This document shows positions 26,641 through 39,460 of a stretch of 64,000 nucleotides of DNA, piece after piece. The position numbers and the translations under genes are program-made. The stretch spans positions 13,454,001 to 13,518,000 of the forward strand of contig NC_087247.1 of the NCBI RefSeq assembly GCF_037042905.1, given 5' to 3'. This DNA is from Lytechinus pictus (Eukaryota). The stretch's first letter is position 1. Each line of letters opens with the position of its first letter. A model generated the notes under the pieces. It ran no database searches and was not told the origin of the DNA. It was given only the letters and a program-made list of their open reading frames with translations.

Positions 26641-26730
26641 TTCTACGACAAGTAGATCCAGGGTAAAAAACCAGAGATAAAACACAAAAGGCAAAAACTC
26701 TGGAAAACCTTTGGATCCACTTTTGCAGAC
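26641..26730 (-). ncRNA. Conserved ~90-nt RNA hairpin (copy 2 at ~36062-36150)
   Basis: Minus-strand stems TCTGC/GTAGA, AAGTGGATCCA/TGGATCTACTT and CCAGAG/CTCTGG with G:U pairs; stems identical between copies, differences confined to the loop. Confidence 0.5.
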
Positions 26731-29370
26731 TAGTTAACACAAGAATTCTCCACAAATACATTCAAGGCTTGATTACCAAACAATTCTAAGCCTCACAATA
26801 CTTGGAAACATTTCCAACATTATGCACAAATCCTTTTTTTTTCTAGTAAGTATGCCCTACATTGTATGCATCCATTAATGAAAGAACATATAATTGAGAT
26901 ACAGATAATAGTTTGGACCTGCCCCGTGGATCCATTATCAAACACATACAAATGTGTTCATGAGTAGCAAATGCATATAACCTCACTGGCCATGTAAATT
27001 GTCCTATTTAAACAAATCACTGATTTTGGGTAAATTAACCTTTTTTTTCTGTTTTGAATCATTCAAATGTGACTTTAACATCAGCATAAAAGGAAAGTGG
27101 AAACTGTCCACTTTCTCAAATCATATACCATAAAGTTTTTAAAAACTTATTTTTTCACATACCATAAATTGTGTAAATGGGGCAATATATATGGCAAGCA
27201 AAGGTAAAGTCACATATTAAATAAAATAACATTTTTTCAATATATTTTACCTATTTGGTTCATTCAATTTGTTTGATAATAAATAATTTGTGGATGCCCG
27301 TTTACTGGACTAAATGCCCCTTTGTGTCCTTGGAAATTGTTGCCGTCTTTTGTAATATTCCCCACTCATAATTCAATAAATAAGAGTTCCCTAAAGAAAA
27401 ATGGAAAAAATGTGGCTGTAAAATTTGATTTTTTATTTATGTGAAAAAATGCATACCAAGTCAATATGCATAATTGTATTTTTGTATACAACCTCCAAAT
27501 AATAAATGTAGAGATCTGACCGTTTGCTTCTGAAACTATGGCAAAATTCCCATACTCATCCAGACATTCCATGTAGATGATGATTTCAAGATTGGTGTCA
27601 TGTCCTTGACTCTGGTAGACTACATGTAGCTCTCTCATTTATACTGGAAGATGGTTCACACAAGATAGGGGATGTAGCCATTCTGTACACGGAGTGATAT
27701 GACTGCAGATGTAAAGTGAAAGAACAAAATATATTTCAATAAATAAATAAATAAATAAATAAAATTTTCAGAAACATTCATCATACTATAAAACATGTAC
27801 AAATGAAATGAATAGAGGCTTACATTTGGACAAATGTAATGCCAGTATACTACACCAAAACACTTATGAGGGCAATTTTATTTAGAGGTAAGTACCATAA
27901 CATAACCTCAAAAACTCCTCACAAATACACATGTATCACCTGATTTGGTGTCATCTAGTTTATTGATTTGAATATACAGTATGGAGATTGCGATAAAATG
28001 GATTGTTTGTTTACATTCATACATTTCAAAATTTAAGAACAAAATTTCTCCAAAATTGTTCCTTCTGAGAAGAGCCTACTATATGCAGATGTCGCAACTG
28101 AAATAATATATAACAGAAATCATCTTGCAAAATCATAAATTTTTTTTGATGGTTCAGGGGCATAGTGAGGAGGCAGGGGGGAATTGCAAAAAGAACGAAA
28201 ACACAAGGGTAAAGAAAAAACAATATGAAAGCAAAGGGGAAAAAAATGAAAGATTTATTTTTTCTCAACAGCATAAAAACCTCTCTCTCTCTATTTGATA
28301 AAGAAATGAATCTGAAATTGGTAAACAATTTGATGACACAGTATTTGCTAAATCTATTATGAAACATCCACATTTTGAAACTTCAAAGTTCAACGTTTTG
28401 TTTGAAAAATAAATTCTTCTCCCTGTACACGGATCTACTCCTCTGTTTCACAAGGTAAATATGTTTAACATGACTAGATTTTTAAAGAGTTTTATGTCAA
28501 ATCCAATGCCTCTTTTGGATCATAACTCACCTAAACATCAATAACTGCTCACACTATCCATTCCTTGTAGATGATGATTTCAAGATTGGTGTCATGTCCT
28601 TGTCTGTGGTAAACTAGCTCTCTTATTCATGCTGGAAGATGGTTCACACAAGATAGGGATGTATCCATGCTGTACATTGAGTGATATGACTGCGGATGTC
28701 AAGTGAAAGAACAAAATATTATTCTAACAACATTTTCTTTTAAAAACATTAATCGTACAATCAAAATTTAATTATGAAAGTATGAATAATGTTCCCTTTT
28801 TCTTCTAATTCATAACAAATAATTTCTACACTTGTGGTTAAAGTTGGTAAACTCCATCACTTCTGCCACCACTTCCCATGACTACTTCTCCAGCTATTCA
28901 CCTCATAAATGGACAACCAATTTTTAATTCACTCTTGAAGTTACTCATTAAAAAAGATGCAGGCATAAATTAATGCTGTAATATATCTGAACAAAATGGT
29001 TAATTAAATGCAATAAAACTTCATTCCAAATCTTTGGCTTGCACATCCATTTCTTGTCCTGTTTTCCTAACTTAATTTGACATTTTGAATGTCAATACAG
29101 TTTCTTAATCATTCAAAATGAGGGGTGGAATATGATTCATAAAAATTATTCCTAAATTTGATAAATCACAGAGGATTCTGTTGTTTGCAGATAAGAAAAA
29201 AAATTATTCCATGCATCATCTTTGTCAGTTTAACAATTTTATAACACATCATTCTTGCTAAATATATCATGATAACTTCATAGGTTCAACGCTATGTATA
29301 GGAAAGAAAGTCATCTCCGTGTACACCGATCTATTACTCTGTTTAAATATGATTAATTATGATTTAATTA

Positions 29371-30108
29371 ACCCCCCAAACCAGCCGTCTTCGCTCCGGG
29401 GGGTCTTCTAGCATCCGAATGGGTCGATATACAAAAAAAAAAAGATCAATTTCGAAAAGATTTTCGGGTCTCTCGCACCCTCGCGACCTGGCAAAATTGT
29501 CAGAAATTGAGCAAAATGATTTTATTTTAAAAAAGCCCCCCTAAACCCCCCCAAACCAGCCGTCTTCGCTCCGAAGGGTCTTCTAGCATCCGAATGGGTC
29601 AATATACAAAGAATATAGAAGATCGATTTCGAAAAGATTTTCGGGTCTCTTGCACCCTCGCGACCTGGCAAAATTGTCAGAAATTGAGCAAAATGATTTT
29701 ATTCCAAAAAAGCCCCCCTAAACCCCCCCAAACCAGCCGTCTTCGCTCCGAGGGGTCTTCTAGCATCCGAATGGGTCAATATACAAAGAATAAAGAAGAT
29801 CGATTTCGAAAAGATTTTCGGGTTTCTTGCCCCACCCGCGACCTGCCAAATTGTCCAAAATTGAGCAAAATAAGTATTTTCCAAAATAGCCCCCAAAACC
29901 CCCCAAACCAGCAGTCTTCGCTCCGAGGGGTCTTCTAGCATCCGAATGGGTCAATCTACAAAAAATAAAGAAGATCGATTTCGAAAAGATTTAAGTCTCT
30001 TGCCCCACCCGTGACCTGCCAAATTGTCCAAAATTGAGCAAAATAAGTATTTTCCAAAAATAGCCCCCAAAACCCCCAAAACCAGCCGTCTTCGCTCCGA
30101 GGGGTCTT
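29371..30108. repeat. Tandem repeat, ~176-bp unit, ~4.2 copies
   Basis: AAACCAGC(C/A)GTCTTCGCTCC recurs at ~29378, 29553, 29730, 29905, 30078. Confidence 0.95.
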
Positions 30109-30301
30109 GGTTTTGTTGCTCTTGGCAACAATTGTATTTGGGAGTAACTTGCCCACCTAGGCATTTACAGTTTGCCCCTCCCCCTTTTTTTCTTCCCTAC
30201 CATGTGACTTTGGTTGTTGATCTCTTTGTAGTCTCTCTATTCACCCTTGAACAAAACCACCTTATTTCCTCTAGTCTGCTCTCTTCTTCAATACCACCTC
30301 T

Positions 30302-30503
30302 TAGTCTATGATCCAGGCCGAGACTACAGCTTTATTTTTTGCTGATGTTAAACACAAGCCATGTGTCTGATGCAGCGAGACTATGGACTCTGATTTGGTG
30401 CAATTTTTTATAAAACGCACCAGATATTCACTGGATCAGACATCGCTTTAGTTCAGCATAACGGCAAAAATAGAGCTGTAGCCTCTGCGTGGATGATAGG
30501 CTA
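30302..30503. mobile_element. MITE with TAG...CTA termini
   Basis: TAGTCTATGATCCA...GACTACAGC and GCTGTAGCC...TGGATGATAGGCTA; absent from the paralogous copy. Confidence 0.6.
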
Positions 30504-31460
30504 TCCTCCCCTTTATCCCCCTCCTCTCCTTCCTGCAAGCTTACCAGTTGATCCACTAATCATGATCTCTCCGTACCTCCCTGTACTATCCATCCATGTC
30601 TGCCTTCATGACACACCCTTGCAACATTTACTTGCCATGACTAATACAATGTTCTAAGTAATTTCATGATACCATTTTTTTTTATCTGTATGTTTTTTTT
30701 TTTTCTTTTTCCTTTTCCATGATAATGACAATTTTGATTTGTTTTCCTCTATCATTTATTCATTTAGTAAGTTTTTTTTTTTTTTTGGGGGGGGGGCCTT
30801 TTTAAGTGAGCAAATGGAAAATAGAACAACAATTTCGCAAATAAATACACCCTTTTCCATACATGATGCAAACATGTTTTTATGAATTTCAATGAACACT
30901 GCAATTTGGTTGAAACATCTAAAGAGAATCCATTAAACATGGGATGTAAATTTGATGTTTTTGTTTTTCTGTCAAAAGGGGGGCACAAAATGTTAATTTG
31001 ATTTTTTTTTTCTGCCGAGAGTGCCAAATAATAATTTAAAGGGTTTCTTTTTTTTTAAATCTTTTGTTTTCTGTCAAGGGGGCACCAAATGGTTGTGTTT
31101 GTATATTGTATCCATCACTTCTTTCTGCACAACTCTGAGAGATAAGGTAAAGGGCGTTGGAATGAAATGATATGTGAATCTATTGAAGGGTTAAACCCTC
31201 AACATAGATCTGTCCCGAGGAAGTGCACTTTATATCCCACAATGATTTAATAATGACCCATAAATCAATAGCCCATCAATCATAACAATACAATGCATGT
31301 TTTCTAGTTGTGAAGTGCAATGTCAAATATCAGAGAAGGCACCAAATAAATTTCCTGAACTCTATCCAGACTGGATGTTGGAAACCATTTCTTTCGCCAC
31401 TGACAGTTGGGACAATAAACCAATTACACACATTAACTTCAAATAGAAACTTTCAGAAAT

Positions 31461-31690
31461 GACCGGTGTGTTGGCTCAGTGACCAGTGTGTTGGCTCAGT
31501 TGGAAGAGCATCCGTCTCACAACCGGGAGGTCGTGGGTTCAAACACCTAGCCCTGCTAGGTGTTCAACAATTAAAGGGATAGAGCCTCGTCGATCTGGTG
31601 CTGCACAGCGGCTGCCAGGCCCACGATCAATTGGGCAAAACAAATTTTCGGAGTATTTCATTTCTGGTGTCTATTTCGAACAATAAAATA
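31461..31690 (+). mobile_element. tRNA-derived SINE (5' 20 nt duplicated)
   Basis: GTGTTGGCTCAGTTGG A box, GGTTCAAAC B box, CAATAAAAT tail. Confidence 0.8.
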
Positions 31691-34600
31691 AGGATTTTCA
31701 AATGGGCTCATAATAGGCGAAAATGCCCCTTAGTATCTGCACCATTTGTAGATGCTGACTAGGAAGCTCAAGGAATTACAAGCCTCTTTCATTGATCACC
31801 ATAGTCTTGACACTCGGGTCTCGAAGAGCTGTCCCACTCTGGCTCCTTCTCGTAGGCCACACCGCCATCATTAACACCGTGGGTTAATACATGACGAGAA
31901 CCATGAAAAAACTCTGGATTGGACTGAATAACTTTTAAAGCCCATGTGAAATTTAGAAAACCACAGGATCAACCGAACCATGTAAGCAAAGTTCCATCAA
32001 ATGCCTTCCCAAGTACAGCAAGCCCTCTCAAATACATCCAGCCAATTAAATAAGTGCAATCCTCATTCACATGGGATACGACTTACACTGTTCCCAAGAA
32101 AAAAATACCACACAATTCAATGACTGAAAGAGCATCATGGAAAATCAAACAGAAAATTGAGAAATGAAGGCTATCGATCTGGTGGATCACTGCCAGATGC
32201 GTAGGTGGATGAACAGCCCAACATCGACATATGACAAGCCCCTGGACCTTGTTGAGAAACTTCAACTTCACTCAGACATGATCAGAGGGTCCATAAACAA
32301 CAGGAAGGAACCACTTCTACGATGGTCTGCAAACATGCTTTGTATGTCATTACAAGGACAGTGAAGGACTTGCAAGTTCCCATGAGATACTTCAGATGAG
32401 AAAATGATCATCTGGAACGAGATCCACTGAGAATTCCTCCAACATCACCACAAAGAGGCCAACACTCTCAAAGGATAGCAGAGAAATCAATTCCAGATCA
32501 AAGGAACAGATGCTACATCAGGATTTGAAAGTCCTGTAGCTAATGTGCAACTTGCATGATGTTGTGGAGAGCTTGGGATATCATACATTAGATGAAAAGA
32601 AGGCCTGGTCGGACAGTACTTGAGGATCAGCACCATACAAGATTTCAAAATAAAAACAAAGATGTCACATGCAATTGAAAAAAAATACCAGAAGTCAGCA
32701 GAGCTCTCTTTAGGTCAACAGTTCCTCTCTTCACTTTCTTCGCGCAGAGTTAAACCTGGGTCAACTTGGAGTGCAAACCGGTTAAAGATTGATCTTGATC
32801 AATCAATGCCATTGAGCCCCAAAGCTAAACTGTTCCATCGATGAAATTCGACAAATGTGCACAAGCCCCATTACATCAAGGAGGGTCAACTGGAAACACA
32901 ACAACAGCAAGGCTCTTGAATAATCACTTGAAAAGTAAATGACAATTGCTGGCAAGAAAGAAATCAAAATTTGACATTGCACTTGTGAAACTAGATTCAA
33001 CACTGACATGTATTGCTGTAATTGATGGAGCACACCCCCCCCCCTTTTTTGTGGAAAAACCATTGAAGCACACAATCCTCACAAAAATGGGTAAAGGTTT
33101 ATACTTTACTTTAAATGCAAAGTTTTTGATGGACAAACCGATATTGAGAATCTACTTTCAGTTTCATCACAAATCATATATATCATTCCAACGCGGGCCG
33201 TTATCTCTGCAAGTTATGTGATGACATGATGAATACATACATACTCCCACAAACATGTGGTTTATGGGGAAAGGATCAAAACGACTGTTTCAAATTGGTC
33301 CGAAAAATTAACATGTACAGAAAAAGGGAAATTTATTGCAAAATAATTTATACTTCTTCCTCTGCAATAAATGTAATAATAATTAGATTAAAGTTTGTAC
33401 ATTTTTTATAAATTGCCTTGTAAAAGAATTTGTTATGTCTTGGCACATTCTATCAGTCATGGCAAATATCATGGTGTAACGGTGTGAAACAAAGATAAAT
33501 TTCGAGCAGATAGTACAGGGAATTAAAAGGCAGACAATAATTAATGGATCAACTGTTAATACTATTGTAGAGATGTGAGGAGAAGGGAAAGCAAAAACAT
33601 GAGGGGAGGGTGGAGTAAGGAAGAAAGAAGATTAGGGAATAAGAAAGGGATGGCTATAAGGGGAATAGATAGACTACAGTAAAGATCAACAGATCAAGAC
33701 ACATAGCAAACAAAATGATATTCATGTAGGAATGGAAAAGATAAATAGTAATAGTAAAGGGCAGGTCATTTATTTAAAGTGAGACAGAAAAGAGCAATGG
33801 GGGTTTTTTCCCTACAAATTTATCAAAATTGCATTTATAAGGATTGGTATTGTTTGAAAGAATTTCAGGAAAAGAATTACATCCCAAAGATTAAAGAAAT
33901 TGTACTGAATCTAAAGAGTTCAAATGGGGCAACAAGTGGGCAAATATCCTGATGTGAGGGAAATAGCTGCCCAATATTTCCTCGACAATTATTACCTTTA
34001 GAATAATTGCCGGAAAACCAATTGCATTGTCTTGCATACTCTAAGCCACACAAAATATCATTAAATTCATCAATAAAGCACTTACATTATGGAAGCTGCA
34101 TACCATGCTCAACGGTGTCCAGTGCCCTTCTCTGCCCACTGAAAAATAGGTCTCTTGGTAGTGACGTCACTAACTGTGTGATTCTGGCAGGAAGATCCCA
34201 GCTCAAACCAGACAGGAAGCCACGTTTGTGAGGTCTAGGGCCTACCCCTGCAATCAATGAGGTCAAATGCTCTGGTCCTCCAACCTGAAAGAATCTTCTC
34301 AGCTGCTGGTCTTACATTTTTGTTTCACAAAAGAAAAAAAAAAAAATCATGAATACAAAGCGAATATATAGTAAAAACAATAGTACTCTACCGGGCAGGT
34401 CCAAGCTATCTAGTATTAGAGGGGTGTTTCACAAAGATTTTATGTGTGACTAAAAATTGCTCTTTCATTTCCAACTGGTGCGGAAAATAGGCCTTTGGTT
34501 GGATCATACTTAGAGATCACTCTCAACTATGTATTAATCAATGAGACTGTGCGCTTAATATCCTAACGTAACAAAGACTTTTGGTCAGTTTTAGTCATTT

Positions 34601-34716
34601 GTGAAACACTCCCCAGAATCATTATAATAATAATAGTGTTGTTTTTATATAGCGCATTTCAGACCTGTAAGGACTCTCAATGCACTTTACTTAAAATAAA
34701 ATTATACATTGTAATT

Positions 34717-34917
34717 GGGCAATTCCATAAAATAATCAACCTTTTTGTACATCCGACCCCCATTTTTCTCAAGTTTTACTTCACTTCATAAACTGACCAA
34801 GTCATAGTCATTTGAGAGCATTACAGACTGTCAAAAGAACAAGAAATCAGAGACAAAAAAATGTCATGAAGGTCCCACATATGGGGGGTCGGACGTACAT
34901 ATTTTATGGAATTGCCC
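34717..34917. mobile_element. ~200-bp MITE with 4-bp TSD (same family as 15382-15578)
   Basis: AATT|GGGCAATTCCATAAAAT ... ATTTTATGGAATTGCCC|AATT. Confidence 0.85.
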
Positions 34918-37091
34918 AATTATAACTTAGAACAGTGGAAATAAACACTTAAACAACAAAAGCATTAATCAATTACATATGGCTTAAGTAAAATCTAATT
35001 GAATGCTTCATTAAAGAGATATGTCTTAAGTTGTGACCTTAAAATTCAATCGGATCATCCTAGTATCATAAACTTTTCAAGAATTAAAACTGATCGGATA
35101 ATATAAAGTCACTTTTTGAAAAGTCAATACTGTACTTTATTTCTTAATACCCATGTGATTCAGACCCTTTTTCATATATAGTTCATGAACCAAGTTGGAA
35201 GATGAACCCTATATGGTTCTATATAGTTCCCTTAAGACAAGATATATTTAAAAATTAGCTCTTTGATGCTAACAGTAAACTTTTTCACGAAAATGTATCA
35301 AATTAATAAATTTTTATCTTTTAGTTATTGCCAGATATAGAATATATTACACAACAAACTTCTAATACCCAGTAGTTCAAAATAATGACCTTGTTGACTG
35401 ATATGATATTCTTGCCATAACATGCAATGTCGCACTAGTAAGTATATATCTGGACCTTTGCTGTTTTTCGTTCATGTTACAGACATAATTGATTCCTCTA
35501 AAACATCAAATTTTATTCTGTATACCGAATATAATTTTGTCAAACGAAATTGAACAGGAATAGATTGAATTATCTAATAATCAACTTTGTTTGTTGCTGA
35601 TAGTCCTACACAAATAAGATAAGGGTTTATAACACTTAATACATGATATTCTGTTTATTAAAAGTAGCCTGTTTATTAAAAGTAACCTGCCAATTTTTGT
35701 AAACCTTGGTGTAATAATTGACAAAAAAAGACAGAACAAATTTATAATATTAATGGAAAAAATAAGTATTACAAAGCTATCAAGTGCAAAATTAAGGGGG
35801 GTGGGTTGTGTTGACAATTGAGTATATGAATATAACAATAACCCAATTCCATAATACATGTAGTTTATTTTGAGTAAATCAAGGAAAAAATAAAAAATAA
35901 TTTTGGGGTTCAAATTTTCATTCATTTGGGGAACTTTTGGGTGGAATTCCAAAATACAAATTACAAATAAGATGGGCTCATGTATAAGCAAACAATATCC
36001 CATGAATAAATCAATTTGGCCAACAGATGGACTTGGGTTACTTTCATATTCATGTACCCAATTCTACGACAAGTAGATCCAGGGTAAAAAACCAGAGATA
36101 AAACTCAATAGGGAAAAACTCTGGAAAACCTTTGGATCCACTTTTGCAGAAAAGTCAACACAATATCAAATTTAAAAAGTACAAACTTCATCAAGGTTAA
36201 TCTACAAACTAAGTTAACTCTACAAATAACCTAAATGCCTAATTAGCACACCATTTTAATTCTAATTAAGCATAAGCCTGACAATCACATATAATCAAGA
36301 TATAATAGCTTGGACCTGCTCCTTAGAGCTACACAAAAAATCATTGTACATTACCTAACAAAATGGGTTCATGAGTAGCGAGTGCACATGCGAATCTCAG
36401 AATAGTCAGAATTGATAGTAAAAATATTTTGGAAAATCAACATGTTTAAACCAATATCTGGTTCATTCACTTTGATTTACATTAACAGATATCTCCTGTA
36501 TCAAATAAAAGTCCTGAATTTGACTTGAAGATAATGGTGTTTGCTCCTCTAGACCCTGTTACACAATGGTTTGTGATCGATTGCAAATATAAAACAACTA
36601 TTCTGATTGGTTCCTGTTGTATGCTACAACTATCCTGATTGGCCCCCATGTTTTGTAGATATTTGGTGTCAAGTGCTCAGCTATGCAGATCACCTCTCCC
36701 AAGAATATTTAGAATATGTTTAACCAAAACAGAGAGTTGAGATAATGACTGGTGTCAATAGCAGATCCCTGGCAACTACATCTACCATGAATACTTGAAA
36801 GATTATTAACATAAGATGCAGATCATGCAATCTGTCAGATGCGCTGGTCAGCAAGTTGTCTCTCCCAGGCAAGTCCCATGATGCGTCGGTGCTGATACCC
36901 AGATTCTGCTGAGCGCATAGGCAAAATGATCAGTCAGCGCACTAGTTAAATATGCAACCTGGCTCTGCAAGAGCAGTGCATGAACTACATTTTGATCTAG
37001 ATTGGGGATGATTAAACGGGGATACGATTTTCCAAGATCTATCAATCCTGGTATCAATTTGTATAACTTTTTTATAAGTAGATTATAACAC

Positions 37092-37992
37092 AAACAAGTG
37101 GAGCGCCTGTGGCAGTCTCACCTGCATCACGCGATTCAATATAGCAGCATTGCTGACTTCGAAAACTACTATTAAATAATTATTCACAAAAAACACCATT
37201 CATATAATGATACAATACTACGTTTATAGACAATAAATGACATTTGACCTTGATCATGCAACCTGAGACTTGTCAGTGATACTCGATTACCCCTATATCC
37301 ACATTTTATAAACTATATCTATCAATAATCGCTAGAGGGTATTCATTTGTCTCGCGATCTACTATGTTCAACAAGGAAATTCGTGATCACTCTCGCAAAA
37401 AGTGTTCACTAGCTTTCTAGGAAATTTGTGATCACTCTCGCAAAAAGTGTTCACTAGCTTACAAGTTCACAAGCTTTCGAGTGCCGCTGCAACTCTTTAT
37501 CAAGTGACGAAAATTATCTGATAACGCCTATTGTTCCCGCGTTCGTGCGTACGGTCCTGGGGACTGGTATAAATAGACATCGTTATCAGATAATTTTCGT
37601 CATGTGACTAGAAACTCAGGCAGAATGTTCAGTAATACTTGATTAACCTTATGTCCAAGTTTCATGAACTTGGTCCATATCTTTTTTCAGTTATGATGAC
37701 ATTTCAAAAAACTTAACCTTAGGTTAAGATTTTGATGTTGATTCCCCCCAACATGTAAAGTTCATTGACCCTAAATGACCTTTGACCTTGGTCATGTGAC
37801 CTGAAACTCAGGCAGGGTGTTTAGTAATACTTGATTAACATTATTATGGCCAAGTTTCATGAACTAGGTCCATATACTTTTTAAGTTATGCTGTCATTTC
37901 AAAAACTTAACTTTCGGTTAAGATTTGGTGTTGACGCCGCAGCCGCCGTAAAAGCGGCGCCTATAGTCTCACTCTGCTTCGCAGGTGAGACA
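37092..37992. mobile_element. Helentron-associated (HINE/DINE-like) non-autonomous element
   Basis: Starts AAACAAG; subterminal inverted GTCTCACCTGC and GCAGGTGAGAC; terminal hairpin; internal ~180-bp repeats; no TSD. Confidence 0.6.
37467..37507 (-). ncRNA. Minimal hammerhead ribozyme motif with U3:A8 core, in a Penelope-like fragment (~37325-37602)
   Basis: Minus strand reads TCAC-TTGATAA-A-GAGT-TGCAGCGGC-ACTC-GAAA-GCTT-GTGA; adjacent 22-bp inverted repeat 37505-37526/37581-37602. Confidence 0.65.
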
Positions 37993-38871
37993 ATAAACCA
38001 GGCATTTCTTTTTAAAGTAAAGAGGGAATTGTTCATCCTCGGTCACACTAGCAATATTACAATAGTAGTTGCCAGTCCAACCTCGGACAAATAATTCCCT
38101 CCATGTTGTCTCAAAGCCTGGTATATCTGTTTACTATTTGAAGCAATTCATTGAATGTGTTTATCATATCATAATTTTCCATAATTTATCCCCATTGTGC
38201 TGCACTCAATCAATGTGAGATGAATGGAAACCCGGCAGGAATTTAATCCTTGAACACAATTATACTGCATTATTGTAAGTGCTGTGTAAGCAGATGTAGT
38301 TATAATTATCATCATTTGGATCAAAGAAATTATGAAAATTTGAAAAGAAACACTATAGGTCACGAGTTTCATTACGTACTTAATTGTTAATAATAAAAGA
38401 GAAAACTGTTGATAAAACAAAATAAAGGAATTAACTTGAGCCAATTTAGATGTCTTATTGCAAACTCAATTTGAATTCATCTTTCCAAATTCTTGTCATT
38501 GTTGATAATGTCTCTGTTATTAAATTAAGCGCTTACAATACCATGTTAAAATATGCTCTATGCTATTTATATTATTATTTGATGGTCTGAATAAAATCAA
38601 ATCTTGAAACTTGTTAGAAGACGCAATCAACCAAAATGGCACAACTTCAATACTGACCTTCGTTGGCAGGATGTCCAGCAATGACCCCTTGTCCACATTG
38701 ACCTTTATTGCTGATTCAAAAGGCATACTGTTGTCCAGTGGAGGTCAAGGCCTAAGACACGGGCCTTGCCTAACGCTGCTTCCTTGATCCCGGGGTATCC
38801 TTCAGTTTAGTAACAAGACCTGGGGGGGGGTGGTCAAAGAATTACAATGCAGGACTTATTATATCTCCCTA

Positions 38872-39460
38872 TAGTATTATCTTACTATAGTATATTATTA
38901 CCCGTATCAGACATCTGAGCTGGTCATTAACAAAGTCGTATTGCCCTACATTTTTTGAATATCAGGAAAGGATAGGTATATTGTTTGTATTTTCCTCGGT
39001 CTCAATGCGTGTATTGACTTTGCACGCAGAGACAACGCAAAATATACCTTTGTATTTTCCCTGGTCTCACATCCGGGACTTTTGAGGATGCGAATGAAGA
39101 GATACGCCTCATAATGATCCGCGCACGAACAATCTACGTCATAATAAAGACAACACTGGATCTGGGCGCTTGCAAGTACGTCATAATGGTAAAGTGCAGA
39201 GCCTAGACCCTGATATTAACATGACACAACATAACTCTATTCATCAAAAGAAATACCACCATTATTGTGATTTTTGCTCTAGATATCTTATTTGGATAAT
39301 AATGAAAATATTGACTGGCTCTTCTTTCGGGGAACATCAAAAATATATTGCCCTTAAAAGACCCATATTGCCCTCGTCTATAAACTCGGGCCAATATGAT
39401 TCTTTTGCTGGCAATATATTTGATGTTCCCCTCAAGACCAGTCAATATTATATAAGTATA
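38872..39460. mobile_element. Possible non-autonomous Crypton-like element
   Basis: Subterminal hairpin ATATTGCCCTCG...CTCGGGCCAATAT; AT-rich ends without TSD. Confidence 0.35.

Larger units (their letters stand above)
30110..36850. repeat. Diverged tandem segmental duplicate of ~20940-27700 (period ~9.3-9.4 kb)
   Basis: Paired anchors 21860/31170, 22395/31833, 23800/32965, 24660/34090, 26641/36062, 26905/36300. Confidence 0.85.

Noticed and set aside
26641-26730. miR-10/miR-100 family identity (UACCCUG)
   Set aside because: Only a 7-nt match, on the wrong arm, and the remaining sequence does not fit.
29371-30156. ORFs 29594-29938 and overlapping frames
   Set aside because: Artefacts of the 176-bp tandem repeat.
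31481-31560. tRNA gene
   Set aside because: A/B boxes are present but there is no intact cloverleaf, and a SINE body and tail follow.
35581-36003. 140-aa hydrophobic ORF
   Set aside because: Low-complexity T-rich frame with no motif, and not conserved in the duplicate copy.
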